Source: Amoebidium appalachense (taxonomy: Eukaryota; Protista; Ichthyosporea). Taken from it: a stretch of 64,000 nucleotides of DNA. Location of the stretch: NCBI GenBank assembly GCA_963693365.1, contig CAVNZM010000007.1, positions 1,907,979 through 1,971,978 of the forward strand, read 5' to 3'. Both the position numbers and the translations under genes were made by a program. This document shows, one piece after another, positions 40,643-53,594 of this stretch. A model generated the notes under the pieces. That model had not been told where the DNA came from, searched no databases, and was given only the letters and a program-made list of their open reading frames with translations. Positions within the stretch are counted from its first letter, which is position 1. Each line of letters starts with the position of its first letter.

Positions 40643-42582
40643 GGACCCACAAGTACACGCACACTCACAGGCGCACATCCACCACCACACATCCACCACC
40701 ACCATAATAGAAACTTATTGACCACACTTCCAAAACCCATTTCCAAGTCCCCCCCCCCCCCTAAAAAAAAAAATAAAAAATAATAAGACAAAACCCTACC
40801 AAGCCAACCCAAAAAATGCCCAAGCACGTGCATACAAAACAATGGGGACCATTTACACACCCAAAATGCAGTGCACACTTGCCTGAAGGCACATGTCCAG
40901 CGTAACCATTTTTGTCACCAAACGCCGAGAACTTAGCCGCCTGCTCCTCTGGGGGAAGTTCTGTCAGGCGCTGGTCGTGGGGGCGGAAATCGTTACGCTT
41001 TTTGAGTTCATACTTGGTCCAATGCAGCGCCCTCGAGTAATACAGGAGCCGCTGCTCGTCGTATCGCTGCTTGTGGAGCTCCGAGAGGAGGGTGGCAAAG
41101 GCGTTTGGGCCCACACCTTTGTCTGCCAGTGCACGCAACAATGTTACCACCTTTAGGTCGAGCCCACTGCGGTGGCTAAGGTAGGCCGGAAACTGATCAC
41201 GCATGAAGAGTGGAAGGCGTTTAATTGTCTGGGGGTTTGTGCCGGCAAAGTTTTTTTTGCATGTGTCACAAAAGTACCGGGCCGTGATAATGTAGTAGCA
41301 GCTGTCAAAGTCGATAACACGCCGTCCTACGGGGTTGCTCATGAACCCATTGCGAGAAGTACGGTGTGGGTTGGGGTGGTTGTGGGGGTCCACGTAGTGA
41401 TCATCGAAGGGGCACGGCACCATGAAACCGGGAGACAACCTTTCCGGAAGCCAGGCAAAACATCTGGGTTTGTAGAAAGGCGCTGGATCGCCCCCAAATT
41501 TAAAGCCTATAATGGGAGGTGGAAGATGCCACCCCACAGGCGTCTTCTCATCTTTGAGACTCTCTTTCACTGTGTGCAGGTGCGACTTGATTGTTTCGCC
41601 CGCCGCGTCAGAAAACTCCTCTCCACCGTCATCCCCGTCCGTATTATCTTCTCCCTCTTCCTCCCCTTCATCCTCGTCTACCCGGTACGCATCTGCTGCT
41701 GCATTTAGCAAAGGTTCCTCGTCGGGTTGCACCTGTATGTCTGGTGGGTGTGGAGCAGGGGCCCGATCCATTTCTCTTGGTAACGAATGGACGCTACCTG
41801 CCTCAACTACACGGGCCCTTATGTCGGCGGCCTTAGATAGAGGGGGCTGTTCGGGTTGTACGTTTACGTTTAGTTCCTGCAAAACAGCTTTGTTTGCCGT
41901 CCCAAAACCTGCAAAGTTCGCTAAAGGCTGAACAAATGCAGCATCTTTTTTTTGCGCCCAGCTCCCTCCCTAGCTCCGCCTGTTTTATGCCCAGGGCGCT
42001 GTGTTGTGCCCTTAGGGCAGCCTGGCTTCATTTTAAACACTTGGGGCCTGGCCCCCTGCCCCCCTAGTGCGACTACGTTACCGCAAACATTCCCGTATTC
42101 CAGTGTGCTCATGGCCTTCCCGGACTGGTTGTGACCAGTAAAGAGCGCGCCAATTCCTGACCGCCGCCTACAGCAGTGTATGATCTGTTATCCATATTCG
42201 GCAAAAGGGGTCTTGCCCAACCAATGGCTTGAATCCTTGTAACTTTGCTTTATCCATATAAGGTTAGCTGAACACCCCCCCCTCCAATCATACCCCCCCT
42301 TCTCTCTAGTAGTAGCTCCTGGCATGCCGCACCCCCCCCCCCATTGGGGACTTGGTAAGGTTCGAATCGAATCGCGAAGGGCCGCCAGGCCCGGATCACG
42401 GCGCACGGCCAGGGATGTGCCGGGCCAGGTCGACCCGACCGGGACCGACCTGCCATCGGGTCGGTCGGGTAACCGAGGTCATTTTGGAGATACCTGAAAG
42501 CCAAAAATATCCGACCGGGCCGGCCCGTGACCGACCCGGCCCGAGGCCAAAACCCGCCCGGATATCCGGGCCGGGGGGAGGT

Positions 42583-43010
42583 GGGGCTTACACAATACTA
42601 TACTAATATTATGAATGGTTGTGCATTATTTTCCGTTTGTTATCTACAGTAATTATGTATAGGTACAATGAATAATATCATTTTTTACTGCTTTACGACA
42701 CATGTACAAGTAGTTGCTGCCTACGCTCACACACATGTACACTGGCATGCACACACGCGCACACGCTGCACAAACGTCAACACATGTGTACACTGGGGGC
42801 TTACACAATAATACAATACTAATATTATTAATGGTTGTGCATTATTTTCCGTTTGTTATCTATAGTGATTATGCAGTGTATAGGTACAGTGATATATCAT
42901 TTTAAAATTTTACTGCTTTATGACACATGTACAAGTAGTTGCTGCCTACGCTCACACACACTGGCATGCACACACGCGCACACGCTGCACAAACGTCAAC
43001 ACATGTGTAC
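42583..43010. repeat. Imperfect ~213-bp tandem duplication
   Basis: GGGGCTTACACAATA...CAAACGTCAACACATGTGTACAC starts at ~42583 and ~42796. Confidence 0.9.
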
Positions 43011-43066
43011 ACATGTATACACACACACGTGGCACACACAAGTTTACACTGGGCACACAAACACAA

Positions 43067-43117
<51 letters not shown>

Positions 43118-43865
43118 GTCACACACACACACACGGACACACATTTAAAGAACAGCACACACACACGTGCACACACAGTCACGCACACAGACATGTACAC
43201 ATACACGCACGCGCGCGCACTGTGCGCATCCGCACACACATGCGCGCATGCGCGCGCGCGCACATACACGCACGCACACAACACACACATGCGTACCGTA
43301 GCACCGTGTAAACACAAGGGCGTGCAAATTAAACGGCAGGGGATCCATCTACAACCTTTGCATTGAATTCTCGCACCAATCAGAGTAAGGCAGGTCTTTG
43401 CGCAACACTTACGTAAGAGCGCAATGATATGATTGGCCGGAAATAATGGGCTCAGTTGCCAAGCCTTGTACGTCTTACCAGGAGCGAAGTAAATTCCATA
43501 AAGATTTCAAAGGACGTGCATGCACATGCAAAGAGCGTTTTCTTTAGAATGGCTGCAAAGTGAATGCACATAAGTACCACCATAGATAAAAATATATATA
43601 CTTTGGGGGTTTACGCTGTTTACTCGAGGCAAAGAGAGACCAGTCTCAGGTATGGGGGTTTTTTGCTCGGAATATCCCCTCAGCGGTATATCATGATCAC
43701 GTACATAGATGTCGGGTGATGACTATATATCAGGGTTTACTTTCTCTGACGAGACACCATAAAGACCTAGAAATTTTTTTTATTTTTTTTTCTTTTGACC
43801 CAGTGGATTTATTCAACGGAAAGATATGCAAGTATGCACGGCATACGGAGAAGACAATAAAAACT

Positions 43866-46800
43866 TCACGAGTTATCCAGTAACAAGTGCATACTGAGAT
43901 ACCTGAACACTGTGTGAAAATCATATAAATACTCAATGTGACGACCAACAGAATTCAACAAAAAGTCTAAAGTGTTCACATTGCCAGCTAGTGTAGCAGA
44001 TACCCGGAGGGAAAGAGGTAAAACGCGACATAAAAATTCACACCTATCAACATGCTTGCGATTAAAAAGGTCAGCACAAAAGTGGCACCAGCGGCGATGA
44101 AAACAAGCCTTGAATTACAGCGCCACTGCACAACTTCCCAGTCAATATCAACATCAGAGCACCATACAGACTTATCTACTAGGGTGGTATCCATACGTAC
44201 AGCAGGAGAAATGTATCCTGCCAAAGCACCCAAAAAGCGATAATGATCAGTACGGTGTTGCCTAAGGAACATAACACATGCCGACTGAGTTTTACCTTTG
44301 ATCTCTCTATCAGAACGAGAAAGAAACTTATACTGCGTATGGTAATAACGCGAAAAGGCAGAAAAAACAGGAAGAGCAAAGAAAGAGGGAGTGAGATAGC
44401 GAGAGGAAGAATCAGGTGGAAAGAGGGTAGGCTGAGGACATTCAGAAGTAGCGTTGGTGAATCGGGGGGGAAGAGGGATGGAGGAAGGGGGGGGAAAGAA
44501 AGCATAAAGAGGGTGACCATCAGGTAGCCTAACTAAATGAAAACAAAAACGAAGAGACAATTCCTCCATACGACAAACAGCAGACGACAATCCAAACATA
44601 CTGATTAAGGGAGGCACAAACCGAGTACGAAACAAAGTGCGTAGCGCAGTACCCTGAAAATCGTCGAACTCGTTCAGCGCCATTGCCGCCTCGCGAGGTG
44701 GGGCGCAGGCCAATAGCGGAAGTCCATATTCGAAAGTCGGCCGTAAAAAAGTTTTATAGTAGAGAAGAAGGTTCGCAGGATGGATCACAGACTCCTGTTG
44801 AAACATATTTGACACGATGTGAAGCTTACCCTTCGCACGAGCGATCCGTGCCGTGAGGAGCTTGCGGAAATCAATACCCCGTGCAGTAAAAGGAATACCC
44901 AAATAGTCATAGGTGCTCTGAACAGGAATAGGAAGGCCGGCCAATCGAAATGAAGTGTTCTTCGAAAAAGTAGCACACTTTGCAATTCCGACTGTCATGA
45001 GATTCTCGGTGCACCATTGATCCACCTGACGAAGCATCTGGTGCATGACATCTTCGGTTAAGGAACAAAGAACAATATCGTCCGCAAAAAGGAGACCCGG
45101 TACACGGCGGGTATGCAGTTGGCCAAAGGGTTCGAGGGCGCAGGCTAAATCGTCAATGAAAACGTCAAACAACAACGGACTCAGGAGGGACCCCTGCAGA
45201 AGACCCCGGGAACGGGAAAAACCGGGTGTTAATGTTCCATTGACCGCCGCTCGTCCGCGAGTGGTATCGAACAACGCTTGCAGAAGACGGCCAAAGGGGG
45301 CTGGTAAGCCCCGCATAGCCAGCTTATGCCGTAACAAACCAGTGGGTACGGTGTCGTAAGCGTTCTTAAGGTCGATGAAGACAACGTGTGGAGAGCCAGA
45401 AGTAATGGATTCATGGAGTAACAGACTGTGAGTATAACACGAATAGGCATGACGAAAGCCCCCTTGAAGGGAAGAAAGACGGAACACGGCGTTTAAAGAA
45501 TTGTCGGTGTTAAACGCGCGAAGCATGCAACCCTCGAAGAGCCGACGAAAAACATTGGTAAGTGTGACGGGACGAAAGTCGTTAATGACCCCCTGCGATA
45601 CCTTCTTACGAACGGGCGTAACGATTGTGTCAAGCCACGAATTTGGAATAAACCCGAGTTCGAAAAAAGCCGAAAAAAACTCACTAAGAAGGACAGCAAA
45701 AGGCGGGGGCGGGGGGGACTCTGCACGATTACGGGGCGGAAGCACGGGAGAAAGAACCTTGAAAAGCACGGGAGGAAGAGCATCCGGCCCGCACGCCTTG
45801 CGGGGTTTTAACGCCCGTATAGCACCAAAAACAGCCGAAGAGTTGAAATAACTATGAAAAGTGCCCAGGAACGATCGGTCCGGCTCCCAACTTGGCGGCT
45901 GGGAGAGGCCAGCGGGCGGTGATGGAACCGTGGACACGGTAGGAAGCGAAAATAGGGAAGCATAATAGTCATCGACGGATTCAGCAACGGAGATGGAAGG
46001 AGACGGGGCATAGACTTGCACGGAAGGCCCAAACCGACCGGCGGATTTCCAGACCGATAATGCTTCCTGTAGAGGCAACAACTGTCGTAGAGACTGCAAA
46101 ACGTGAGACTGTCTCAGCCGAATGGAAGGGTACTTGAACCGTGCCCACCACCTGCTCGCCAAGGGCAAATAGGAACTCAACAAACTCATTATAACAAACC
46201 TCCAAAATAGCCGGGTTCCGCTGCGCACGGGCGTCGCGCACTGCGGCAAGAAAGAAGCCATGAACCGACTCATACTCCTTGACAGCGAGTAACTGGTTTA
46301 ACCTGTGCTTGAAACCGCGAGAGAAGAGGCGGCGGTTAGTCTGAGTAGCCCCGCCGAAGTGAACAGGGAAGGAAACCGAAAATTCTACAGGGGAGTGGTC
46401 CGAACTACGCCGTAAGGAATCGGGTGGGGAAATTACTCGAAGGGTGGAGTCCCAAAACGAGGCACCCCAGTCAGTCGCGTGGGTAGCGAAAACGCGAGGA
46501 AGACGGACAAGGTGCTTTCGAAGAAGGTTGGCGAGGACACGAGCACGGTCAGAAAAAGGACGAAACTGTGCTGGGGACGGGGTATGTTCCCTATCACACG
46601 GAACCACTGAACAATTGAAGTCACCAATAAAAACTTGAGAAACGGGAATTTGGTTAACCACGGCTGACAAAGTGTCAGTACCTAACGACGGAGGAAAGTA
46701 CACGAAAGACAAAGTCCATGCACGAAACTGAATGGTGACGAAATACTCATGCGCCGCAATGACCCTGCAATCCGAACGAATGCTAGGATTGGCTAAAACC

Positions 46801-47009
46801 GCGATGCCGCCTCGGGAGAAACCAGTCGATGACGAAGACCCAATCAAAAATCCGGATTGCTCCAACTGATGATGATTATAGAACCATGTCTCGGCAAGAA
46901 CAACAAAAGAATAGGCACGAACAGAGTCGAAAATGTATTGCAATTGCGGGGATTGTAAACCATGAACATTCCAAAACAAAAAAGAAAGAGGTTGAGATTG
47001 TTGAGCCAT
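43866..47009 (-). CDS. LINE ORF2: AP endonuclease + reverse transcriptase + C-terminal CCHC; frameshifts near 46140 and 44107
   Basis: APE: FWNVHGL, LAETW, RGGIA, VYFPP, IGDFN, SDH. RT: KACGPD, FRPVTL, QGGFR, FIDLKNAYD, GLLQGSLLSPLLF, LFADDI, YLGIPF. Confidence 0.92.
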
Positions 47010-48115
47010 TTAATTTCCGGCAGCTGCCCGCGGTGCGCCAATCCGATCCAACCACGCACGATAAAAAGCCGCCACCTCCTGGGACGCAGTCACATGGCGG
47101 GGGGATCCGTCCGCCCGCTCGAAAAAGGCCATCTGTTTCTGCAACCGCCCGCGAAGCATGTCCACAGTGGTTTTGCCGGCGTCCATAAATTTCTGTTGTC
47201 GAATGTTACCGAGCGCATCAGGCTGAAAAGCCGCCGAGTCCAGAATTTCGAGGTGCAGAAGGTTGCGCAGCTTGGTGCACAACTCAGCCTCGTAGTCCTC
47301 CTCAACAAGAAGCTCAAGCACACGGCCGCCGATGAAGGAATAATTGCGAATTTTGCTGGTACGCACACGAATTGCCCGGAAATCTTGCTTGATCTGCGAG
47401 ATGGGGCCGCGAGCAAGGGTGACGTAGACGGGTTTGAAAGCGGGAGAGTGAGCACGGGCTTGGTCCTGACGTGGCATGGGGTTGACAGGACGGGGACGGC
47501 ACCGTTCGCGAAGGCGCTTGACAGCGGCCACAAAGCTGTCAACAGCCTCAGGCTTGCCCTTGACCGAGCCAACCTTGTTGGCCTCCTCACGAAGTGCGTC
47601 CTCCTCGGAGCGAGCAGCGGCGGCAGCATAGGAAACGGGTATGGAATTGGCAGGGGGGCGGCTCCGCGAATCTCCGACCGTTCCGGAATGACGGTGGGAA
47701 TGCGAGGGCCACCACCGTTAGGGGGAGACGCCGCAGCAGCTGCCGCAGCGGCCGGCCCCACCGGCTGAGGCTCACGGGAAGGCGAAGGCGTATCGATGAA
47801 ACGAGCCAGGGTGGCGGTGAGTTCCTGCACCCGCTGCAGGAGCTCAGTCACTTGGATGCGAAGGCGGGCATTTTCATCACGTAGGTCCTTGAGTTGGTCT
47901 GTGTTGGTCTTGGGTTTCTTAGGGGCTGGGGTGGAAGGTTGTGGAGTAGACAACACAACCTGCTGACTCGCCTGTTGGGACTCAAAATCCAGGATGTCGT
48001 CGGAGTTTTCGATAGCGAGGACACCAAACCGGTTGGCATGGTGGGGCGGGGGGGACTGCTCGGGACTGTGCACCCGCTTGCCATCGAGAGGGACGAGGTC
48101 GTGCTGGGAGGCCAT
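47010..48115 (-). CDS. LINE ORF1 (~368 aa; coiled coil plus conserved C-terminal domain); 1-nt frameshift in the run at 47653-47658
   Basis: ACCATGG start; coiled coil LKDLRDENARLRIQVTELLQRVQEL; the second frame gives VSYAAAARS...IRNYSFIGGRVLELLV and ends TAA directly before the ORF2 ATG. Confidence 0.8.
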
Positions 48116-48253
48116 GGTGTTGGGCCTGAATAAAACAAAAGATGTAAAACGGTATATATACTGAAAGGGAATTCAAATCCGATGACGTAGGAAGTGAATC
48201 AATCAAGAAGAATCAATTAGTTGGGGTTCCCCGTTTTTTTTTGGTTTTTTTTT

Positions 48254-48305
<52 letters not shown>

Positions 48306-49360
48306 CTCCCCCGGCCTGGGACACTCGGTATCAGCTGGTTGTGTGTGTGTGTGTGTGCAAGTTACCCACACAAAACAACCCACAGCCCGGCAACACATGA
48401 AAACTAAAGTAAATTAAAGAGCTGTGATCACACGTGTCAAACTAAGTGTAGCCTAAGTGTGTGGTCGTTCAATCAACACATACTAAGCAACACGAATCCA
48501 CTCAACATATATTAGTAAGAAAGAAAGATGATCTGTGCACATGAAGATAAGGAAAAGAAAAGATAAAAGGAGAAAGAGAAAAGAGAAAAGAACGCAGATC
48601 AACAAACACGATATTCATAGCACAGCAAGCTACAACTAAAGATATTCATGCATATGTACACACAAACATGTACACGTTTCTCCCTCACTGGGTAGACTCG
48701 TGTACCTATAATCAATTGCTGTAATCGTGATATCTAAACACACGAATATAGCCGACACAGCACGATTACAAGTATTCAGTTCAAACACACTGGAGATCGA
48801 TGTCATAATTTATGTACAAGGTGCGCATCTTTTACATTATTAATGTAAATGAACAAAAACATAACACGAACTGAGAAGATCTTACAATATGTAGATGTAG
48901 TACGTATTACAACACTTAGCTACTACCCCCCTCCCCGTTTCAAACTCGAGAATCCCTAACGGTGTCTATCTTTAATGACTTGACTTTACCGCGGCTATTT
49001 AATGATTTACCACCACCTGAGATATGAGAACCACCACCACCATGATCGACATGACTATTTTATCACTTAGTAACTGTAATGTCGTGGCAACCGTTGTCGT
49101 GTTCTACATCAGTTTGTCTCCGAGGCAACCGTCGTTGTGTGCATCTTCTTCTCCCCGGTTTTAGTTTTCTTCTTCCCAGCTCAAGGATTTTCGGTTTGCA
49201 TCCCTGAGGAGTGTGGCAGAACAGCCTCAATGACTTGACTTGACTTCTAAATATAATTGTTTGCTGGGTTTGATGACTTGACTTGACTTAGAAGTCGCGA
49301 CTTGCAAGAGTACTATTTTCAGTAACTCCGAGTCCTCCGGCCGGCTGGGCCACAGGGAGC

Positions 49361-49897
<537 letters not shown>

Positions 49898-50767
49898 CGT
49901 AGTAGGTGCCATGCCTAGGTGCAATCATATCATATTGGCAAGATTATGGATCGATTGCACATCGCCTTTGGCTCCGGGGGCCCGCCCCGGCGAGCAAGCT
50001 TCATGCCGTAGGCATACAATAGCCTAAGTTTGCTTGATGCAACCAACTTCAAGTTCTGTCATCTGTTGTTTATCGTAAAATGCTGGAGTGGTGCAACATA
50101 TAAAAAAGAACAGTAGATGATTGGGTGAAGTGCTTGTGTACATTTATCACTTAATCGATGTACATGCTCACGCGGTTCAACGTGCATGTACGCAGGTGCA
50201 GTAGACATTATACGCATAGTGTACGTATATATATAGTTAGTACTGACACAACAATAAAATTACTAAACTGGTCATCATGTTGATTGAACCCGTTTTTAAA
50301 AACATACTATTCCAAGCAAATATATTTAAAATTGCAGAAAAGTCATTATGCATTCAAGTTGTTGTTACATTGACTCGCTACATTGACATGGTGCGCCTTG
50401 AATCGCCTAAACCACCAACCGTGTGACAGCTGCTAAAGTGAGGTTGAAGACAAAACTTAATGCAAGTACGAAGTATCGAAATAATAAAAAAAACATTTTA
50501 ATGTTTCATAAAAAACCCCTTTTCCTCCCAGGAAGATCAATATATCGGCGCCGGGCTGAGACTTCGTTCAACGAGTCCCGGTATCAGTTGTATTTGGATA
50601 AAACCTGGTATCAAAGTTTAATATGATTACTTAGTTGAATTCGTAAAATTCCGACTTCTATTCTTTTTTAGCCGTGTGCATGAACTTCCGACGGCCTCGA
50701 ACAAATTCAATTTAAACGCTCACACTCCGATTGAAACCTTTATCAAACTGTAACAAATTTAATGATA

Positions 50768-50769
<2 letters not shown>

Positions 50770-50825
<56 letters not shown>
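50770..50825. repeat. (AT)n microsatellite
   Basis: Direct reading. Confidence 0.95.
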
Positions 50826-50827
<2 letters not shown>

Positions 50828-51079
50828 TATCAGGAAATGTATACAATATCTGAAAGTGCTTTATTTGGCACGTTTACATATATGTTGTTTTCTAAATTTA
50901 ATGTTAGACTCACAATGGTGTACAAATGGAAGTGAAAGAAAAACGGATCCGCACATTCCTGGGCAAAACTTTGTGACACTCAGGCTACAAGTTGGCCAGG
51001 GGTGTGGCGACTTGGCTCCGAGTCGCTGTCTTGAGTAAAGTCAATTCAGGCCATCACGCTTGACTCATGGGTGACTTGT

Positions 51080-51125
<46 letters not shown>

Positions 51126-53594
51126 ACACAGTTCCGCCGAGTCGACCCCCTGGATGGAGCCAGCCTAGGGAACATTATGGGGGGAGGGCGCCGGCCGGGG
51201 GCCATAACGTCCCAAAATGTACATCAAAAATAATAACAAGTCACTTAACTTACGGTCGCAATTTGAGTCATCGGGCCTCAGGTTGCGACTTCAAGTCAAG
51301 TTAGTTACAAGCCCAAGCGCACCACTGATTATTACAAGTCAAGTCAAGTCCATGAAGAGGATAAAAACCACCTGTATGGTGGCCATAAACATATATTCAC
51401 CTACATACGGCGTTAATAAACAGCACATTCCCCCCAAACTTACTGGTAAATTTTCAATAAAGCCTAATAATTATAATGGGCTTTGGTAATTTAATAGGCA
51501 GTTCGCCACTCTATGCGCGAAGCGCAAAAAACTCAGCATGCAGTTAAAGGGTATTTCTTGTAGGTTTCCGGGTCGGGTCAGACTCGAACAGTTCTCTGCG
51601 ATTTGATTGGCGTGGCGCGCACCTGCTTGACCCGGAAGGCCCCATAAATTTGGCCTACAAGAAACCCCAGCTTTTCGGGCCGGGTCGGATCAGAGGCGAT
51701 TCTAGCTATATGATTGGTATGCTGCGCATCAATTGCGCATCATCCATGGTTTGGCTGGAAGCAAGGTACAGATGCGCCATAATACAAGAAAAAAGAAAAG
51801 AAAAGAGAGAAAAAAGAAAATAAGAATGGAATAATAACAATAAAGCGTTTGGAATAAGACAGCAGTTCATTTCATGATTTATATGCTGAATAAATGGCTT
51901 GACCCGGATGTGCTGGAATTGGTGCAATTAATCGGCCTAAAAGAAACCCCCTTTAACGTTTGACATTCGAGTTGAAGTCACGTGTTTGTACGACCACGAG
52001 TCCACGACCGTGTACACGGCCCTCTTGTTTCAGAGGGCCGTGCCGTGTACCGTGCGCGCGCACGTGCACGTGCACAAGGTTAACAAATATAAGGACTAAT
52101 TGGGCGGTGATCCATGTGTAACTGAGGACGAAATACAGTTGTAAGAATGTAGGAGATTCGTAAGGTTGTCAAGTTTTTTGAAATTATTATGTAATTATAA
52201 GCGTTGCGAAAAACCTCTTATAACTATTAATATGTAATTTAGTGGCAAGGGTAATCAAGCTAAATACGTGACTTGTACAGCGAGCGTGCCATTGATAAAA
52301 TATTAGCCCTGGTATGCAAACAACATGAAAAAGGAATGTCGGCAGTGGGTAACCCAGGGCTTGAAAAGAGATAATGGCATATGATTATTCCCAAACTCGG
52401 TCACTCAGTTTAGGTCACGTGACCGAGAGTTTGGGTCTTTGGAGATTTGGGGGTATGGGGGGAAGACTATGGGGTTCCAAAAGATCCGAACGCCAATCAG
52501 GGTGCGGCTATCATAGCGGTGTTCCATTGGTGCCCTCCTATCCACTTAAGATGCAGGAGGTATAGCGCGGTGCTCCATCACAGCTTTTGGCCATTTAGAC
52601 AACGCATGTTTATAGTATCCAATGAAATTTACGTATTATAAATTTGGCGGGTTATTAGACACCTTTTACTATAAAAATCGATTTTATCATTTTGCTTTTA
52701 TAATAGAGCCTTGTAGAATCGCGCGGCCCGGTTATTTACAGGTCGCCGACCTAGAGGTGCCTTTTGCTTTTGATGCAATAATCACCTCCACCCAATTTTG
52801 AACTATACTAGAACAGAATATGGCTTGGCCCTTTCATATATAATTGATATAAAAGTATTTCGATTTCAAATTTCTATTTTGCAATTGCTATCCTACTAGA
52901 TTAGGAAAGTCGGCGATTTACTTTATATAAACGATTCACTGGTGTTGTTATAAAAGGTGTCTATTGATATGGGTTTCTAGAGCGCGAAGCGGCGACGCGA
53001 GCGCCGAGGGACTTGACTTCAAGCTAGTTGAAGTCATCGGCAGAAACCCTGAGTTCAAACAAGTCTTGCAAATGACTTCAACGGGAGGGGGGCACGGCCG
53101 TCTCGAAAATTCAAATTTTTCTATCTCTAATTAATAACAACCTTACATTTCGGTAGCATCAATATCCCGTGGCAATCAGGGCGAGCGAAGCGAGGCCTGC
53201 GAGGGCGGGCGCCGAGGCGAGCGTGAGCGAGCCGAGTTTGGGCGAGGAATGAATGACCAGTGAAATTACTTTAATATATGGAAGGCAACAACCAGTGGGG
53301 CCCGATCCCGAAATCTAGCACGCCATGATGATGGTGTGTTCCAGCCATCCCAGGAAACTATGCTTAATTTTTTTTACATGCACATTCTTCTGTAACAGAA
53401 TAATATTAGCATAGACACTGTATACGTAAGCAAGAGAAATACTTGAAATATGTTACGGTAACTGAAACTAACAACGAAAGTCTTAGAGCGTTACAACCCT
53501 GCCAGCGAGGTTTTAAAGCCGCAAAACTGTGTAGTCAGCACAAGCATTTGTACTAAGCTGAGGAACTGACTGTACAATTCTGCCTGCAATCGCC

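Larger units (their letters stand above)
34153..42112 (-). mobile_element. Intron-containing Mutator/ISL3-type DDE transposase gene (~1565 aa) with DUF6729-like Cys/His domain, inserted DEDDy 3'-5' exonuclease, Myb-like and Cys-rich C-terminal parts. Exons 42112-40883 (1-nt frameshift at 41946-41953), 39921-39733, 38764-37934, 37492-36852, 36378-36172, 35751-34153
   Basis: Exon phases consistent (1,1,1,0,0). Motifs LKADHTF (D), FFYTDRCC (D), LNDAFH (DxxH), RGTNEVEG (E); exonuclease VVGLDCEW...TLQIA...IIKVG...RCSNW...YAALDAY; basic GGAREGAGRKKK at the N-terminus. Element termini not identified. Confidence 0.8.
43775..48130 (-). mobile_element. Non-LTR retrotransposon (LINE), near full length: ORF1 + ORF2 (APE-RT-CCHC), AATAAA and A-rich 3' tail; carries frameshifts
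   Basis: Canonical APE and RT motifs; 3' end matches the second copy at 61599-62547; exact 5' end and TSD not found. Confidence 0.93.
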
